Shown here: one piece after another, positions 56,524-57,540 of the stretch
Position numbering within the stretch: the first letter of the stretch is position 1
Layout of the letters: each line of letters starts with the position of its first letter
DNA from: Burkholderiales bacterium 68-10
Lineage (GTDB): Bacteria > Pseudomonadota > Gammaproteobacteria > Burkholderiales > Burkholderiaceae_C
Direction: 5' to 3'
Assembly (NCBI GenBank): GCA_001897615.1
Contig: MKTG01000048.1
Location: forward strand, 1 to 57,540
Length of the DNA: 57,540 nt
Program-made: the position numbers and the translations under genes
Notes under the pieces: generated by a model
The model's input: the letters and a program-made list of their open reading frames with translations, nothing else
Databases searched by the model: none
Told to the model about the DNA's origin: nothing

Positions 56524-57408
56524 ATGGAAATCTTCGGCATCCCGATCCAGGCCATGATGGGCCAGCTGCTCATCGGTCTCATCAATGGCTCGTTCTATGC
56601 CTTGCTCTCGCTGGGCCTGGCCGTGATCTTCGGCCTGCTCAACATCATCAACTTCGCGCACGGCGCGCAGTACATGCTGGGCGCCTTCGGCGCCTACCTG
56701 CTGCTCAACAAGCTGGGGCTGGGCTACTGGGGGTCCCTGCTGGTGGCGCCCATTCTGGTGGGCGCCACCGGCGTCGTCATCGAGCGCACCATGCTCAAGC
56801 CGCTGTACAAGCTGGATCACCTGTACGGATTGCTGCTGACCTTCGGCCTGGCCCTGATCATCCAGGGTCTGTTCCGCAACGAATACGGCTCCACCGGCCT
56901 GCCCTATGCCATCCCCAAGGCACTGCAGGGCGGGCAGAACCTGGGCTTCATGTTCCTACCCAACTACCGCGCCTGGGTCATCGTGGCCTCGCTCGTGGTC
57001 TGCCTGAGCACCTGGTTCGTGATCGAGAAAACCCGGCTGGGCGGCTACCTGCGCGCGGCCACCGAAAACCCGCAACTGGTGCAGGCCTTCGGCATCAACG
57101 TGCCGCGCATGATCACCCTGACCTACGGCTTCGGCGTGGCGCTGGCGGCGCTGGCCGGCGTGATGGCCGCGCCGATCTATCAGGTCAGCCCGCAGATGGG
57201 CGAAAACTTGATCATCGTCGTCTTCGCCGTGGTGGTGATCGGCGGCATGGGCTCCATCATGGGCGCCATCGTCACCGGTTTCGGCCTGGGCCTGATCGAG
57301 GGCCTGACCAAGGTGTTCTACCCCGAGGCCTCGACCACCGTCATCTTCGTCATCATGACCATCGTGCTGCTGATCCGCCCGGCGGGTCTGTTCGGAGCGC
57401 AGAAGTAA
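56524..57408 (+). CDS. livH: HAAT-family (LivH-type) ABC transporter permease
   Basis: 294 aa with ~8 transmembrane helices, beginning MEIFGIPIQAMMGQLLIGLINGSFYALLSLGLAVIFG. Confidence 0.9.
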   Translation: MEIFGIPIQAMMGQLLIGLINGSFYALLSLGLAVIFGLLNIINFAHGAQYMLGAFGAYLLLNKLGLGYWGSLLVAPILVGATGVVIERTMLKPLYKLDHLYGLLLTFGLALIIQGLFRNEYGSTGLPYAIPKALQGGQNLGFMFLPNYRAWVIVASLVVCLSTWFVIEKTRLGGYLRAATENPQLVQAFGINVPRMITLTYGFGVALAALAGVMAAPIYQVSPQMGENLIIVVFAVVVIGGMGSIMGAIVTGFGLGLIEGLTKVFYPEASTTVIFVIMTIVLLIRPAGLFGAQK

Positions 57409-57412
57409 AGCC

Positions 57413-57540
57413 ATGGACAGCGCCAACCCCTCCACCGTCCCCACCACCCCGCGGACCGCCAAGCCTGCGTCCACCCAGGACGCTGCTCGCACGCACCGGG
57501 TGGCCTTCATCGTCATGGCGCTCATCTTCATCGGCGCGCC
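57413..57540 (+). CDS. livM: HAAT-family (LivM-type) permease, 5' fragment (runs off the window end)
   Basis: ATG 57413 lies 5 nt after the livH stop. It reads MDSANPSTVPTTPRTAKPAS…HRVAFIVMALIFIGA, the beginning of a transmembrane helix. The call rests on operon position and is incomplete. Confidence 0.55.
   Translation, partial: MDSANPSTVPTTPRTAKPASTQDAARTHRVAFIVMALIFIGA

Overview
High-GC (~70%) chromosomal core region of a betaproteobacterium, Burkholderiales/Comamonadaceae-like judging from the partial 16S and the gene content. Nearly everything is housekeeping. In order: the 5' ~570 nt of a 16S rRNA gene (minus strand) with two tandem promoters; uup; a DUF2726-like gene; TetR-family gene plus glmU; cca; a sufBCDSUT Fe-S operon; DUF2249 plus nnrS; a GST; an NDUFA9-like SDR; slt; 5-formyl-THF cyclo-ligase; ppk2; ruvC. 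A complete dcw cell-wall/division cluster follows on the minus strand (mraZ-rsmH-ftsL-ftsI-murE-murF-mraY-murD-ftsW-murG-murC-ddl-ftsQ-ftsA-ftsZ-lpxC). After it come hslVU, a 571-aa uncharacterised protein, a DksA-like gene, a His-rich COG0523 GTPase, an orphan PhnD-like binding protein, xerC, pgpA, a cinA/pncC-like gene, an orphan family-5 binding protein, and a Liv-type (HAAT) ABC transporter operon with two tandem binding-protein paralogs. I found no CRISPR array, tRNA, prophage, toxin-antitoxin pair, defence island or biosynthetic cluster, and I cannot point to a novel multi-gene system here. The features that ordinary annotation does not explain are: (1) a dispersed ~50-60 bp low-GC repeat family with at least 11 copies, mostly at gene junctions, three of them apparently translated in frame; (2) a 254-bp MITE with terminal inverted repeats and a target-site duplication, inserted into one of those repeats; (3) a DksA homolog that has lost three of its four zinc-finger cysteines, carries a Lys/Ala/Pro-rich N-terminal extension with a perfect 30-bp tandem repeat, and sits next to the His-rich COG0523 gene; (4) a 571-aa protein with an internal duplication; and (5) several candidate regulatory sites (10-bp-phased AAGTG boxes at mraZ, a sigma-32 promoter at hslV, palindromes upstream of sufB, nnrS and the liv-type operon, and a large stem-loop between ftsZ and lpxC). 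Most long ORFs in the supplied track that lie antisense to these genes are high-GC artefacts.
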